From assembly GCA_048938105.1 (NCBI GenBank), contig JBHLMN010000001.1, forward strand, positions 352,001 through 416,000: 64,000 nt of DNA, read 5' to 3'. Shown here piece after piece: positions 51,920 to 62,653 of this stretch. A program made the translations under genes and the position numbers. The stretch's first letter is position 1; each line of letters begins with the position of its first letter. Under the pieces are notes generated by a model. That model saw only the letters and a list, made by a program, of their open reading frames with translations, was not told where the DNA came from and ran no database searches. This stretch comes from Promethearchaeota archaeon. Lineage in GTDB: Archaea > Asgardarchaeota > Heimdallarchaeia > Hodarchaeales > Hodarchaeaceae.

Positions 51920-53176
51920 ATGAGTCCCCCATACTATGAGCAACTAGCTGAATGGACTGAATTTGTCCCAGAAAGCGAAATCCGTCGTCTTCTTTTAACA
52001 AATGTAAAGTATTATTTTGGTGGTGGAAAACCTGGTAGTCTCCCCATTGAAACTTTCAAAAAGATTCTTTATCAAATTGCAGACGAATTAGACATAGATG
52101 GTATTGACACATTAAATTATGGTCCAACAAGTGGTCTAGCTTCTTTAAAAGAAACTTTAGGAAAGAGAATGAAGGAAAAAGATGGAGTAACTCTACCCAA
52201 AGGATTAGATGACATCCTTATTTCCACAGGATCTCAACAGATGCTTTACGGCATTCTAGACGTATTGTTAAGACCTAAAGATGTAATTATCATGGCTCGT
52301 CCCTCCTATTTAGGATTTGTCGTACCAGTCACAAAATTAGGTGGGGACGTATTAACAGTACCTACAGATATGGATGGCATCATTCCAGAATATGTGGAAA
52401 AAGCAATTGAAATTAGTCAAAGAGAATTAAATCGAACCCCAAAAGCTATTTACGTTGTTTCAGATTCTGATAATCCCAAAGGTACAACACTCCCTGAAAA
52501 AAGACGAAAAAAACTTTTTGAACTTATAACTCAACATGAGATTCTTCTTATAGAAGATTCAGCATACCGTGAAATTCAATTTACTGAAATTCCACCCCCA
52601 ATTAAGAAATACGATTCAGAGAATAAATGGGTCGCTTATTTACGTACAAGTAGTAAAGAGGCCGCTGTTCTTCGGTTAGGTTATTCTGTCCTTCCAGAAG
52701 AAATAATGATTCCTATGATTAAAGATAAAGGATATTTAGATCTCTGTACATCTAGTCTTAACCAAAAAATCTTAGAAATTTATTATTCAAAGTATATTGA
52801 TCAAGTCTTGGGTGCTAATCTAAAAATTTACGAAGAACGTTGTGATATAATGCAGAAAACAATTGATGAATATTTTCCCACCAATGGCCAACGGACCCAG
52901 CCCACAGGAGGTTTTTTCTTCTGGTTCCAAATGGAAAATGAATATTTTGATTCCTCAAAGTTTTTGGAAGGTATAGCAATTCCAAATGATGTTTGCTATG
53001 TACCAGGACAAGCATTTTACCCCATAAAAGGCCATTCAATCAGTAAAGCAGACACAAAATTACATGGAAACAGGATAAAAACGAATGGAATGCGATTAAG
53101 CTTCTCATACACAACACCCCAGATAATAGAGGATGGTATGGAACGATTAGGAAAATTATTACAAGAAAAAGCCTAA
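51920..53176 (+). CDS. PLP-dependent class I/II aminotransferase (LysN/ARO8-like)
   Basis: GGGKP, YGPTSG, NPKG, EDSAY, TSSK..LRLG, MRLSFS. Confidence 0.9.
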   Translation: MSPPYYEQLAEWTEFVPESEIRRLLLTNVKYYFGGGKPGSLPIETFKKILYQIADELDIDGIDTLNYGPTSGLASLKETLGKRMKEKDGVTLPKGLDDILISTGSQQMLYGILDVLLRPKDVIIMARPSYLGFVVPVTKLGGDVLTVPTDMDGIIPEYVEKAIEISQRELNRTPKAIYVVSDSDNPKGTTLPEKRRKKLFELITQHEILLIEDSAYREIQFTEIPPPIKKYDSENKWVAYLRTSSKEAAVLRLGYSVLPEEIMIPMIKDKGYLDLCTSSLNQKILEIYYSKYIDQVLGANLKIYEERCDIMQKTIDEYFPTNGQRTQPTGGFFFWFQMENEYFDSSKFLEGIAIPNDVCYVPGQAFYPIKGHSISKADTKLHGNRIKTNGMRLSFSYTTPQIIEDGMERLGKLLQEKA

Positions 53177-53264
53177 TGTGAGTTCATTAGAGCCAATTTA
53201 TGGTTTTAGATAAGAGTAATCCTTACTGAAAACCACAAGATATCTTTAGTTATCCGATAAGAAC

Positions 53265-54959
53265 TTATATAAACTTCCCAGCCGTGATATACCAAGTATA
53301 GCCTGGAAATGCCTCCTCTCTAATCTGCCGCTGGAAAATATCGCAAATACTATGGATACCAGTTAGAATAGCCAGATCTAGCCAATTCCAAGTAACTTCT
53401 TGAGCCTTTTTTCCTGGAGTAAATCTACCAAAATTATGTGAGAGCATCAATTCCGTTTTTCTAACTTCACTTCTTAAACGACCAGCTTGAGGATTGGTTT
53501 TAAGCTCCTCCTGCTGCCTATTTAGAGTTTTGATTCCCTCCTCGTATTTAGACTGGATTAGAATTCTCATTTTTTCTAGTGTGGTTTGAACATCGTGAAT
53601 TTCTGAACTGGCATTGAACTCCTTAAAATTCAAATATACCTCATCATCTAAAATAGGGATGTTTATACCTTCAGCGGATCTTTTAGCCCAAGGTGAGTTG
53701 TAATAAATTCTATTTGAGCGAATAAGAATTGGTGGAGGGATCTCCAGCCTTTTCATTGCTGGAATCACTGCAGAATAATATTGTGTTTCACCAGCACCTC
53801 CAATATGAGTTAACAGAGGAAATGTATAATTATTTACTACAGCTCTCGAATCTGAGCGGGGAGTGATATGAGATCCTATTTCACTGAGGTCAGGATGACT
53901 CAAATCATAGGAAAATGAGTATTTTTCTGAACAAACAGGACATTCACCCTCCAAAACTCCAGGGTTAGATACATGCAATTCTACTCGTGTTTTATTGTTA
54001 CACTCAAGACATTCCAGAAAAAAGGGAACATAATCATCTTCCCGATATGGGAGTCCTGGTTGAATGTTTTGAGATACCAGCTGGTTGTAAATCTTGTTTA
54101 ATATATCTATGTAACGAGAACGGTTATTCTCTGAGAGTAGAAATTCAAAGGCTGGTAAAATAAGCTGCCGATATTGAGGATCACTTGAGGGACAAAGAAA
54201 TAGCCTGAGATCATTACGAATATTGAAAAGATGGCTCCAAATCTGTTGTGTCCAAAGAGAAAAATCGCTAGCTCTTATAGCATTATCATGTATGAGATCG
54301 AACCAAGAAAAAAATCGTTCCAAGAATAATTTTCGATATTCGAGATGTACTTTCGTAGTCTTCATTAATAAGCGTAAATTTTCCTGAATTTTTAATTTAA
54401 TCTCAAATAGCCACTCCTCTTCTGGAACTGGCACTTGATGCATTGGTGTCCCCTCAGGTACACCCCAAGATATTGGTGTAATTATTAATCCAGTAGGAGA
54501 ATTCGCTTGAGGGAATCGTGCAATGGTTAGCTCATTCTGGATTGAATCATGATCTCCTATGAAGAAAAAAGTTCCTATCTTTAGCAGATTTCCCAGCCAT
54601 TCAGCTAGAGAAACCTTGTTTATCAAAAACAACGGTCCACCAAATAAAAGAGGTTGATGACCTAAATCCAAAAAACCTTGATCCAGACGATCGATTGCTT
54701 CTTTAACCCGATTAGTTAAAGTCCCCAATCTACGATGCCTATCAGTGGCGAGACGACGTAAAACTTCAACATTCTCACTGAAAGGTGCGAAATTAATAGT
54801 GTGTTGCTGATGTTCAATCATACTTTTCAGTACTCGAAAAGAAGGGGGGATTTCTCCCCATAAATCTTTACTAAGCTCATTGGGGTGGCCTAATGCTGCT
54901 GTACGATAGATTTCTAATAAAGAGGAGAGATGAGTACTCAAAAAGGACAAATCCTGCAT
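53265..54959 (-). CDS. bshC: bacillithiol biosynthesis BshC-like protein
   Basis: GHQP.LFGGPL...K, GDHD and GGAGETQY match BshC motifs (GQQ..LFTGP, EDHD, GGPGE.AY). Confidence 0.75.
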   Translation of the reverse strand: MQDLSFLSTHLSSLLEIYRTAALGHPNELSKDLWGEIPPSFRVLKSMIEHQQHTINFAPFSENVEVLRRLATDRHRRLGTLTNRVKEAIDRLDQGFLDLGHQPLLFGGPLFLINKVSLAEWLGNLLKIGTFFFIGDHDSIQNELTIARFPQANSPTGLIITPISWGVPEGTPMHQVPVPEEEWLFEIKLKIQENLRLLMKTTKVHLEYRKLFLERFFSWFDLIHDNAIRASDFSLWTQQIWSHLFNIRNDLRLFLCPSSDPQYRQLILPAFEFLLSENNRSRYIDILNKIYNQLVSQNIQPGLPYREDDYVPFFLECLECNNKTRVELHVSNPGVLEGECPVCSEKYSFSYDLSHPDLSEIGSHITPRSDSRAVVNNYTFPLLTHIGGAGETQYYSAVIPAMKRLEIPPPILIRSNRIYYNSPWAKRSAEGINIPILDDEVYLNFKEFNASSEIHDVQTTLEKMRILIQSKYEEGIKTLNRQQEELKTNPQAGRLRSEVRKTELMLSHNFGRFTPGKKAQEVTWNWLDLAILTGIHSICDIFQRQIREEAFPGYTWYITAGKFI

Positions 54960-55236
54960 ACATTAGAAGATTTGAATTTAGTTTAGCAAAGATTAATAAT
55001 GATTCAAATTATTTCTGTTAAAGACAAGAAAAAAAAACCCTCTTATCACTTGGTAATACTAAATAAGCAGAAAAAAAGGTTCTCAAAATATATACTTTGA
55101 AAATTGGGTTTCAAAATTCTTTTATATTGAGGGAATATAAATCATTCAAACAAGATAATATCCCATGAATTACATAATTTTAATCTTGAAATACATTAAC
55201 ACTTAAATTTAAAATTAAAAATGGAGAATTTTTCTT

Positions 55237-58200
55237 ATGAAGTTATTTACTCGCTTTATATGCAAGAAACGTGCTGTTTCACCTGTCATCGCAGTTATTT
55301 TGTTAATTGGACTCGCTGTAGCTGCAGTTGCGGCTATTTTCCTCGTTGTTCTTCCGCTTTTACAGCCAACAAGTAGGCTTGAGCTGAAAGGCGCGTTTAT
55401 TGACTATGATGATGCCTATACTATAGCTGCAGACGAAGGAGTAGGTTATGGGACAGGGACATTGTCACTTTCAAATGCTGGTACAGGAGAGGTTAAAATA
55501 GTCTCTCTTAAAGTTTACTACACAACCAATGCTGTTAGTGGAAACTGGACGGAAATTGTAGATCACGATAGATTAGATATTACTAAGGATCGTCCATATA
55601 TCATCGAAACAATAGCACCAGATAAAGATCTATATGTTGGATTCCCTCTTCCTGATGAAAATGATGATAATACCATTACCTATAGGCTAACAGTTACTAC
55701 GGACGACGGAAAGATAATAGATACCGCTGGTCCAGAAGCAGTGAATGTTGTAGAAACTGAAATGCAATTAACAAAAGATCGACCCGATATTTCATTTATT
55801 GGAACTTTAGAAAAAAATTCAAATAATATCCGAAGAACGAAATCTATTTACCCAACTTCGGTATCCGACAACTCAGCAATCAAGAAAGTAACCTATGAAG
55901 TTGCTACTAATTCAGGATTCAGTAATATCGTCCAAACAAAAGATATCACAGACGTTGGTACTGGTCGATATCCTTGGAGTTGGAATACATTCAATGACAG
56001 TTCTGAAGGACTAGACAATGGTACTTATTATATGAAAATGACTGTTTATGATTATGCGGGACTCTCAAAAAGCACCTATGTGAATCCAGGTGATGAAATA
56101 AACTTTACAATTGATAATGATTATGTAAAACCAAGAATAGCGGATATTACAGGCTCCAGTAAAACTAATGGTTTAGATTTGGCAGAGGTAGGGACATCAT
56201 TCTCGGTTAATGCAACGATTACTGATAGTGGTTCTAAGGTTTCCACAGTCAAAGAAGCTTACATCCATTACAAGTTAAATGATTTAAGTACGACTTATAC
56301 TCCAGCACAAATGACTAATCCTTCAGGTGATACTTGGGAAGGAAATATTCCAGCGGATTTTGTAGATTCGACTGCTCTTCAATATAATCTTACTTATTAT
56401 ATTACTGCAAAAGATGACGATGATAATCCTGAAACTTCAGCAAGCCAAGATGCTGGAGTACTGGATACTACAAAACCGAATCTTTATGGACATACACCAG
56501 TGACTGTTGTATCCGACACATTAGAAGGACCCTCAATTGAACTTTCCATAAATGCTGAAGACAATGATACAGTCGATTTAGTTACTCTGGTCTGGCGTGA
56601 GGGAAACGATACGGGTCTATTAATTCCAGATTCATGGCAAGTTGAAAATTATATTGGCCAATCAGGTGATTCATGGACATTTACCATTCCTAAAGAAAAT
56701 GTAACCGTAGATGGAATAGACTACTACTTTAACGCAACTGATCCAACGGGAAACGCAAATGATGGAGCAGCTGGTTCACCATATCATATTACGGTTTATG
56801 ATGAATTAGCACCTCATGTACTAGCATTCGATCCTCAAATAGCTTCTCCGACAATTCCTGGCCAAGATGTAACAGTCAGAGTGAAAGTAAAAGACAATGA
56901 TCCCTCATTTAGCACTGAAAGGTTTATAGCTGAAACGGGGACTGTGAGAGCGCGCTACAATATTGATGGCGGTGGTTGGAGTATTTATTTTACTTTAGAT
57001 CATAGTTGGGGAGATTCTTCTCTTGATCCTGCTCCAGATGCAATTTGGGACGGCATAATAACTGGAGATAAATTTCAACAATTCACTGTTGTTAGTATTG
57101 AAGTTGAAGCAAAGGACGTAAAGGGGCAAACATCTACTATACAAACGGAGGTTGAGGTGTCTGAGGCAGGCAAACCTCTCTTCCGTGTTACGGGGACAGC
57201 AAACACCACTGGGACATACGACCATCAAATTGAGGTTAGTATCAAAAATTATGGAGATGGAGACGCAGAAGTTTACAATATGACAGTGTATCTATATGAC
57301 AATACAAAATTCTCCTACACAGGTGAACCTCTGCTAACTCAAATAGATGCAGCAGGAACAGGAGGAATCAACCCCAGATGGACAAATGTATCTACTCCAT
57401 CTGAATTTCCAAACGGAACTGAAAGAGGTTTAACAAATAATATAAGTATTAATAAAAATGATATTGCAACACTGACATTAACGTACGCTAATACTAGTGG
57501 AGGGTATTTCGATGTCAATGACATGACTGTTGGTATCAAACTCGGGTTTAGCTTTGCCTATCGCACTTCAAATGATTACTCCAAGCAGATGAAAGCAAAT
57601 ACAACGATTACAGCATATCAAACAACTACTCAGATAAGGTATTTCCGATCTGATTCCCATAATGTTAATGGTTGGGGTGCATATAACTTAGGTACGGCAC
57701 AATCTATTGGCGTTCAAACTTTAAATGAACAATCTCCAAGATTTACTTACTCATTAACTGTTACTTGGAGTGTACAGATCTATATTGTCCATGCCGACTC
57801 CTCAAGGATACCATTAACCTCTGGAAAATCAGCACAGGTTGCTAGATCTTCTGATGGCAGTGGTCTTCAGTATAATACATGGGTTTTGTCTTCAAGCCGC
57901 GATCTCACGACAACTGACGCAATTATGGTTGAGGTTTACATGGATATTGGAACATATAGCTATGACCCAATAACTTTCATAACGGAACAGTTAAATGCCG
58001 AGGATCTAGTCGCTAGTACATGGACAATCTGGTATTATACAGAGCGTTACTATAACAACCAATGGAATCAACGTAGAACTAGGGGAATCTTCTATTGGGG
58101 TGATTCTTCCTACAACAGCCGAATTGAACAATTCAAGATCACAATTCTTGCTGGTGGTGGTGGCGGTGGCAGTGGAGCTAGTGAACTTTCATTAAAGGCA

Positions 58201-58326
58201 TTTTCTCCGTCATCACGCATTGATACCACAGTGAAAAGTATTTCGCCGTTGTCTGCACTCTGGGAAAAATTAATGGTGATTACCCAACCTACTCAACCCA
58301 ATTCCTTAATGTCAAAGCGATTCTAA
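55237..58326 (+). CDS. giant type IV pilin-like/adhesin protein with class III signal peptide and Ig-like repeats
   Basis: KKRA|VSPVIAVILLI prepilin signal; T/D/N-rich beta repeats (YYITAKD, YYFNATD, D..P linkers). Confidence 0.8.
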   Translation: MKLFTRFICKKRAVSPVIAVILLIGLAVAAVAAIFLVVLPLLQPTSRLELKGAFIDYDDAYTIAADEGVGYGTGTLSLSNAGTGEVKIVSLKVYYTTNAVSGNWTEIVDHDRLDITKDRPYIIETIAPDKDLYVGFPLPDENDDNTITYRLTVTTDDGKIIDTAGPEAVNVVETEMQLTKDRPDISFIGTLEKNSNNIRRTKSIYPTSVSDNSAIKKVTYEVATNSGFSNIVQTKDITDVGTGRYPWSWNTFNDSSEGLDNGTYYMKMTVYDYAGLSKSTYVNPGDEINFTIDNDYVKPRIADITGSSKTNGLDLAEVGTSFSVNATITDSGSKVSTVKEAYIHYKLNDLSTTYTPAQMTNPSGDTWEGNIPADFVDSTALQYNLTYYITAKDDDDNPETSASQDAGVLDTTKPNLYGHTPVTVVSDTLEGPSIELSINAEDNDTVDLVTLVWREGNDTGLLIPDSWQVENYIGQSGDSWTFTIPKENVTVDGIDYYFNATDPTGNANDGAAGSPYHITVYDELAPHVLAFDPQIASPTIPGQDVTVRVKVKDNDPSFSTERFIAETGTVRARYNIDGGGWSIYFTLDHSWGDSSLDPAPDAIWDGIITGDKFQQFTVVSIEVEAKDVKGQTSTIQTEVEVSEAGKPLFRVTGTANTTGTYDHQIEVSIKNYGDGDAEVYNMTVYLYDNTKFSYTGEPLLTQIDAAGTGGINPRWTNVSTPSEFPNGTERGLTNNISINKNDIATLTLTYANTSGGYFDVNDMTVGIKLGFSFAYRTSNDYSKQMKANTTITAYQTTTQIRYFRSDSHNVNGWGAYNLGTAQSIGVQTLNEQSPRFTYSLTVTWSVQIYIVHADSSRIPLTSGKSAQVARSSDGSGLQYNTWVLSSSRDLTTTDAIMVEVYMDIGTYSYDPITFITEQLNAEDLVASTWTIWYYTERYYNNQWNQRRTRGIFYWGDSSYNSRIEQFKITILAGGGGGGSGASELSLKAFSPSSRIDTTVKSISPLSALWEKLMVITQPTQPNSLMSKRF

Positions 58327-58523
58327 CCCTTTTTCTCTTTCTTTTTTTCTAACCTTACTTTATTAGTAAAACTAGATAAATTAAAGAAAAAAGCCTAAAA
58401 CTAATTCACGTTGTTTTCCTTATTCCTCTAGAAGAACTCTTATCTAACATTTCAATGTTTTAACAATAGATTCTTTTTTCATATTTTTGTAATTATTACT
58501 GCTTATATTTTGGAAAGTCCCTA

Positions 58524-59774
58524 ATGAGCTCACACAAGTTTAACAGTGATTTAGTGATCGTTGGAGCTGGACCTGCTGGTTCATGTGCCGCTTGGGAATC
58601 AGTTCAAAAGAGATTAGGGGTATCTGTATCGTTATTTGAGGAACATCCCGAAATTGGGAAGCCACTGCAATGTTCTGGACTTGTTGCTACAGATGGACTA
58701 GAAAATTTGGGTCTAAATTTGAAAAAAGTAATTTTAAATAGAATTCTAAGAGCTCAATTTATTGCTCCAGATTTCAGCTCATTTGAAGTCAAACGTGGCC
58801 ATGATTCAATGGTTGTTATAAATCGTGTGGCATTAGATATATCTCTTGCAGAACGTGCAAGAGGCTTAGGTTGTGAGTACCATCTTGGACATAGAGTGAA
58901 CCAAATCCACTTTGATGATAACGGGTGGATTCTTCACATTCATCATAAAAGTAAAAAAAAGATCCATAAGAGTAAAGTACTAATTTCTGCAGAAGGAGCG
59001 CATGCAAGATTAACACGTTCAATTGGATTATCAACTCCTAATAAGAACTGGCTTTTTCCTGCCTTACAATATGAATTTGATCAAATTCAGGATATTAACT
59101 CAGATTGTGTAGAACTGTATTTTGGGCGAAAATACGCTCCAGGATTTTTCGGGTGGGTTATTCCAACCTATGAGAACTCTGCACGTATTGGTATCGCTGT
59201 TATACCATGGTTTAAAGGAAAACAACATCTTTATTTGAAACGATTTCTCAAAAAACACCCTTTTTTAAAAAAACGTTTAAAGAATAGTAAAATTATAAAT
59301 AGAAATGGAGGATACGTCCCTGTATCAGGACCAGTTAAAACAACCTATGATAAGAACTTCATGGTCATAGGGGATGCAGCGGGGCAAACAAAAGCAACAA
59401 CTGGTGGGGGTGTTAATATTGGAGGTTTTTGCGGCCGTTTGGCTGGTTTGACGGCTAGAAGGATAATTATAGAAGAGGTACCTTCTTTAAAAGCTTGTCG
59501 TGATTATCAAAACCAATGGCGAGCTCTTTTCGAACCAAATTTGAGTATAATGAAACTATTTCGGCGTATTCTAACCCCTCTTCCTGATAAAACTTGGAAT
59601 GAGATAATTAAAATCGGAAGAGAGACTGAAATCAGGGAATCCTTAAAGACAAGTCAGATTGACCTACATGGCACAAGCCTTCTTAAGTATGCATTAAAAC
59701 CTCATGTCTTTATGAAAGGCTTTCATCTTCTTCCTCAAGCGCTTTCAGGTTTCCTTCGGGAATTCATTACCTAG
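58524..59774 (+). CDS. geranylgeranyl reductase family FAD oxidoreductase
   Basis: VGAGPAG, G.PLQC.G, PGFFGWVIP, GDAAGQ.K.TTGGG. Confidence 0.88.
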   Translation: MSSHKFNSDLVIVGAGPAGSCAAWESVQKRLGVSVSLFEEHPEIGKPLQCSGLVATDGLENLGLNLKKVILNRILRAQFIAPDFSSFEVKRGHDSMVVINRVALDISLAERARGLGCEYHLGHRVNQIHFDDNGWILHIHHKSKKKIHKSKVLISAEGAHARLTRSIGLSTPNKNWLFPALQYEFDQIQDINSDCVELYFGRKYAPGFFGWVIPTYENSARIGIAVIPWFKGKQHLYLKRFLKKHPFLKKRLKNSKIINRNGGYVPVSGPVKTTYDKNFMVIGDAAGQTKATTGGGVNIGGFCGRLAGLTARRIIIEEVPSLKACRDYQNQWRALFEPNLSIMKLFRRILTPLPDKTWNEIIKIGRETEIRESLKTSQIDLHGTSLLKYALKPHVFMKGFHLLPQALSGFLREFIT

Positions 59775-59964
59775 GATAGAAACCATTAGCCTACTACACA
59801 GTTTATTATTGTTTTTTTCTATTTGTATTTTGATTTTAACTTAACTTCAAAAGAATGGGGAGGGAATAAATAATCAACTCAGAAAAGTTGAAAGGTGAAA
59901 TAATTGCAGGTTAAATTGGAAAAAGTGGTTCAGAAGGCTTAGATAAAGTAATGGATGCAAAATA

Positions 59965-60131
59965 TCTCAGGTTGGTGGCCTGATAACGCTCACATAGAAG
60001 TTCACAGTTATTCCTACCTACTAACAGGAGGGGATCCTACGGGAATTATCAAAGACGTTTCCCCTCATCTTGTTGATGATAGGGTTGGTGAACTTGTAGG
60101 AAACCACTTACTTTAGCTGGTGGTAGTTCAC
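59965..60131 (+). mobile_element. orphan IS200/IS605 right end/omega-RNA-like structured element
   Basis: Ends in GAAACCAC-TTACTTTAGCTG-GTGGTAGTTCAC, the typical IS605 right-end hairpin plus TTCAC; several further complementary segments; no tnpA or tnpB adjacent. Confidence 0.6.
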
Positions 60132-60136
60132 TGAAA

Positions 60137-61486
60137 TTAAGATGATATTTGTTTTTCTATCTCATCCAATGATTTGACCAAATTTTCTGTGTTTTCTTTT
60201 ATTTCTTGGAAATTTACTTCCATTTTTTGGTAAAGTTCATTGTATTGTGATAAAAATTCAACTAGCGGAGTTATAAAAACCTGCATTTGTTCAATTTGAT
60301 TCATACCAATGGAGGCAGCAGAAAAATCCCCTTCCTGAATGTTTTCTTTAATAGAGGTACTAATATTTGACACGATCGTGTGGAAACTGATAGAAAGTGG
60401 CTGAATTTCTGAGATTTTTATATCGTCTAAAGGAGATATGCCTTCTGAAATTGCATTTACGGCTGTGCGTAGTTGATCTAGTAACTTTTGAGTTTTTTTC
60501 TCGGATCGAATTGGTATTAATGCTGATCCTAAGGAAACTGAATTCTTATTCAACAAAATATCCTGAAAATCGACATAAACAGGAATTTCTATGCTTAATT
60601 CCTCTTTTCCTTCTCCAGACGAGCAGAGGAGAATGAATTCTGCTTTTGCATGGGCACCAACACCTAGTTGGGGAACAGATATTGAATCTGATCCACTGAT
60701 AATCGTGAGGGTTGAGGGGATTTTAATATTAGCTGAAACCTCAGTTGCAGGGCCCTCTCCCACATTCTCTATTTTAACAGTTAAAGTGAATTGTTCTCCA
60801 AATATTACATCATGGTCAAATTCATAGACAGCCCGTATTGATGGGAATTTTACAGAATCCATTAATTTTAGTCTGGTTATCTCAATAGCCCGTTTAATTC
60901 CCTCATAAAACATTGCTGCTGGTTTAGTACTAAGTAAATAACTCTCAGTATAATTTGAAGCTCGTTGGAGGGAACTAGGATTTGGGTTCTCGGGATTTAC
61001 TGCTGCAGCTAAGTCATAGGGGATATATAGACAGGCAGTTGCGGCTCGGTCGGCTGAGAAATCATGACTCTTGATAAAAGCATCTAAATGTTGACTGACA
61101 TTCCAATCTCCAGTCTGAATCCTCAATAATGATGCTATTGCCATACATGCAGCCCCTCCAAGTAGATCTTCCCATGAAATGTGTTCTTGTGATGCTTTTG
61201 TAAGCGCGTCAGCAGATGCACTTAACCACTGGTTTTCTGAATTCGGATCTGATAAAAACTGCTGAATAAGTTGAGCACCCGAAAAAAATTGGTAAGCAGC
61301 ATTTTTAAATTGCCCTCTATTTAATAGTTCACGAGCATACTTGTCAATGAGAGAAATAGTTTCACTAGCTGCCCTAGCACGCTCAGTAGGATCCTGAATA
61401 TTCTTTAATGATGCAAGGGCCTCTTGAACATCATTCGCTGTCGTAGATTTACTAAGTCGCTCGAAAAGTTCGTTCACGAATGACAT
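60137..61486 (-). CDS. hypothetical protein: helical-repeat N-terminus, Ig-like (CARDB-type) domain, helical tail
   Basis: GEQFTLTVKIENVGEGPATEV Ig-like motif; Ala-rich helices; no signal peptide. Confidence 0.65.
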   Translation of the reverse strand: MSFVNELFERLSKSTTANDVQEALASLKNIQDPTERARAASETISLIDKYARELLNRGQFKNAAYQFFSGAQLIQQFLSDPNSENQWLSASADALTKASQEHISWEDLLGGAACMAIASLLRIQTGDWNVSQHLDAFIKSHDFSADRAATACLYIPYDLAAAVNPENPNPSSLQRASNYTESYLLSTKPAAMFYEGIKRAIEITRLKLMDSVKFPSIRAVYEFDHDVIFGEQFTLTVKIENVGEGPATEVSANIKIPSTLTIISGSDSISVPQLGVGAHAKAEFILLCSSGEGKEELSIEIPVYVDFQDILLNKNSVSLGSALIPIRSEKKTQKLLDQLRTAVNAISEGISPLDDIKISEIQPLSISFHTIVSNISTSIKENIQEGDFSAASIGMNQIEQMQVFITPLVEFLSQYNELYQKMEVNFQEIKENTENLVKSLDEIEKQISS

Positions 61487-61945
61487 AATCTTGTATTCTC
61501 CTTGATTAATACTATCTAAGTTGTTTCAATGAATTAAATCATTATTGAATTTAAAGGAAGAATTATTCCTTTTTAATTCTTTGTTTTTTTTCTAAGAATT
61601 TTCTTTCTTTAGACTGCAGAATCTCAATGAGATAGAGTTTGTATTAAAATTGTATTGTATGATTCAAAGAACTGCTGTTTTTAATTTCAACTGTATCTTT
61701 CTTTAATCAAGACAAGTTATTTTGCTAAAAGGTGTATAAAAAATATATTTGTTTTAAACACTAAGTAATTTTATGAAAAGAAAATCAAAGGAGCTTTCTA
61801 TCAAAGACAATGCTAATTTACACACCTTTAAAAGATAACTTTGGCTTCAGTGTTATTTGAAGAAAAAGCATATTACATCCTCCCTCATTAAATATTCATC
61901 GTTACTTACTACTTTGAACCGTAATAAAAAGAAGGAGAAATTAGA

Positions 61946-62653
61946 ATGGTTTTCTTCCTCAGTCAAAAGGAAAATGAAGTCCCTGATATTCTGAAGAAAG
62001 ATCATGCGGCTAAAAAAGCTTATAATGAGATTTTATCAGGGTTAGAAAAAGCACTTATGCTTTATATTTATGATTCTGGACCCTATCCTCCAGATGAAGG
62101 ATCACAAATTCTACCCTTTGCAGATTTATCCCTTTGGGCAGAAAATGATTGGAAATCATTATATCCGAAATTTGAGAAGAAGAGATGGATTGTTGTTTTT
62201 GTAGCTCGTGGAGGTTTTCAGTTAATTGACCTTATAGAAAATAAGATTGATGATTTTACTTGGACCTATATTAAACCACGAACCGAGCTAAGGGATTTCG
62301 AAGATGAGAGTATTTACAAAGAATATCGAGATCCCGTCTTTGAAGAAAAATTTGCTGACTTTATGGAAGAAAATGTGTCTATCCTTTTTATTGAGGATAT
62401 TGTTTCTACAGGAGAAAATTTAGAAGCAGCTTTTGATATTACAATGGAAGTTGCTGAAGAATATAATGTTGAGGTTGGAGATGTTGTAACAATTGCTTTA
62501 ATATCACGCATGCGTAATATTGGAACAATGCCAATTTATGGAGTACAAACAGACATTCAAATTGATCTTCGATGTTCCTGGGGGAATGATCTTCCTGACC
62601 GAATTGATGCTCGAGATTTCTCAGAGAGTAAAGAATATATTGACGATCATTAA
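61946..62653 (+). CDS. type I phosphoribosyltransferase
   Basis: VARGG loop and PRPP-binding motif FIEDIVSTGENL. Confidence 0.75.
   Translation: MVFFLSQKENEVPDILKKDHAAKKAYNEILSGLEKALMLYIYDSGPYPPDEGSQILPFADLSLWAENDWKSLYPKFEKKRWIVVFVARGGFQLIDLIENKIDDFTWTYIKPRTELRDFEDESIYKEYRDPVFEEKFADFMEENVSILFIEDIVSTGENLEAAFDITMEVAEEYNVEVGDVVTIALISRMRNIGTMPIYGVQTDIQIDLRCSWGNDLPDRIDARDFSESKEYIDDH

Noticed and set aside
60070-60105. Hammerhead-like UUGAUGA...GAAAC
   Set aside because: Core deviates from CUGANGA, stems II and III are poor, and the IS605 right-end interpretation fits better
59955-60116. 53-codon ORF MQNISGWW...NHLL
   Set aside because: No recognisable motif; overlaps the structured element and is at best a tnpB tail remnant
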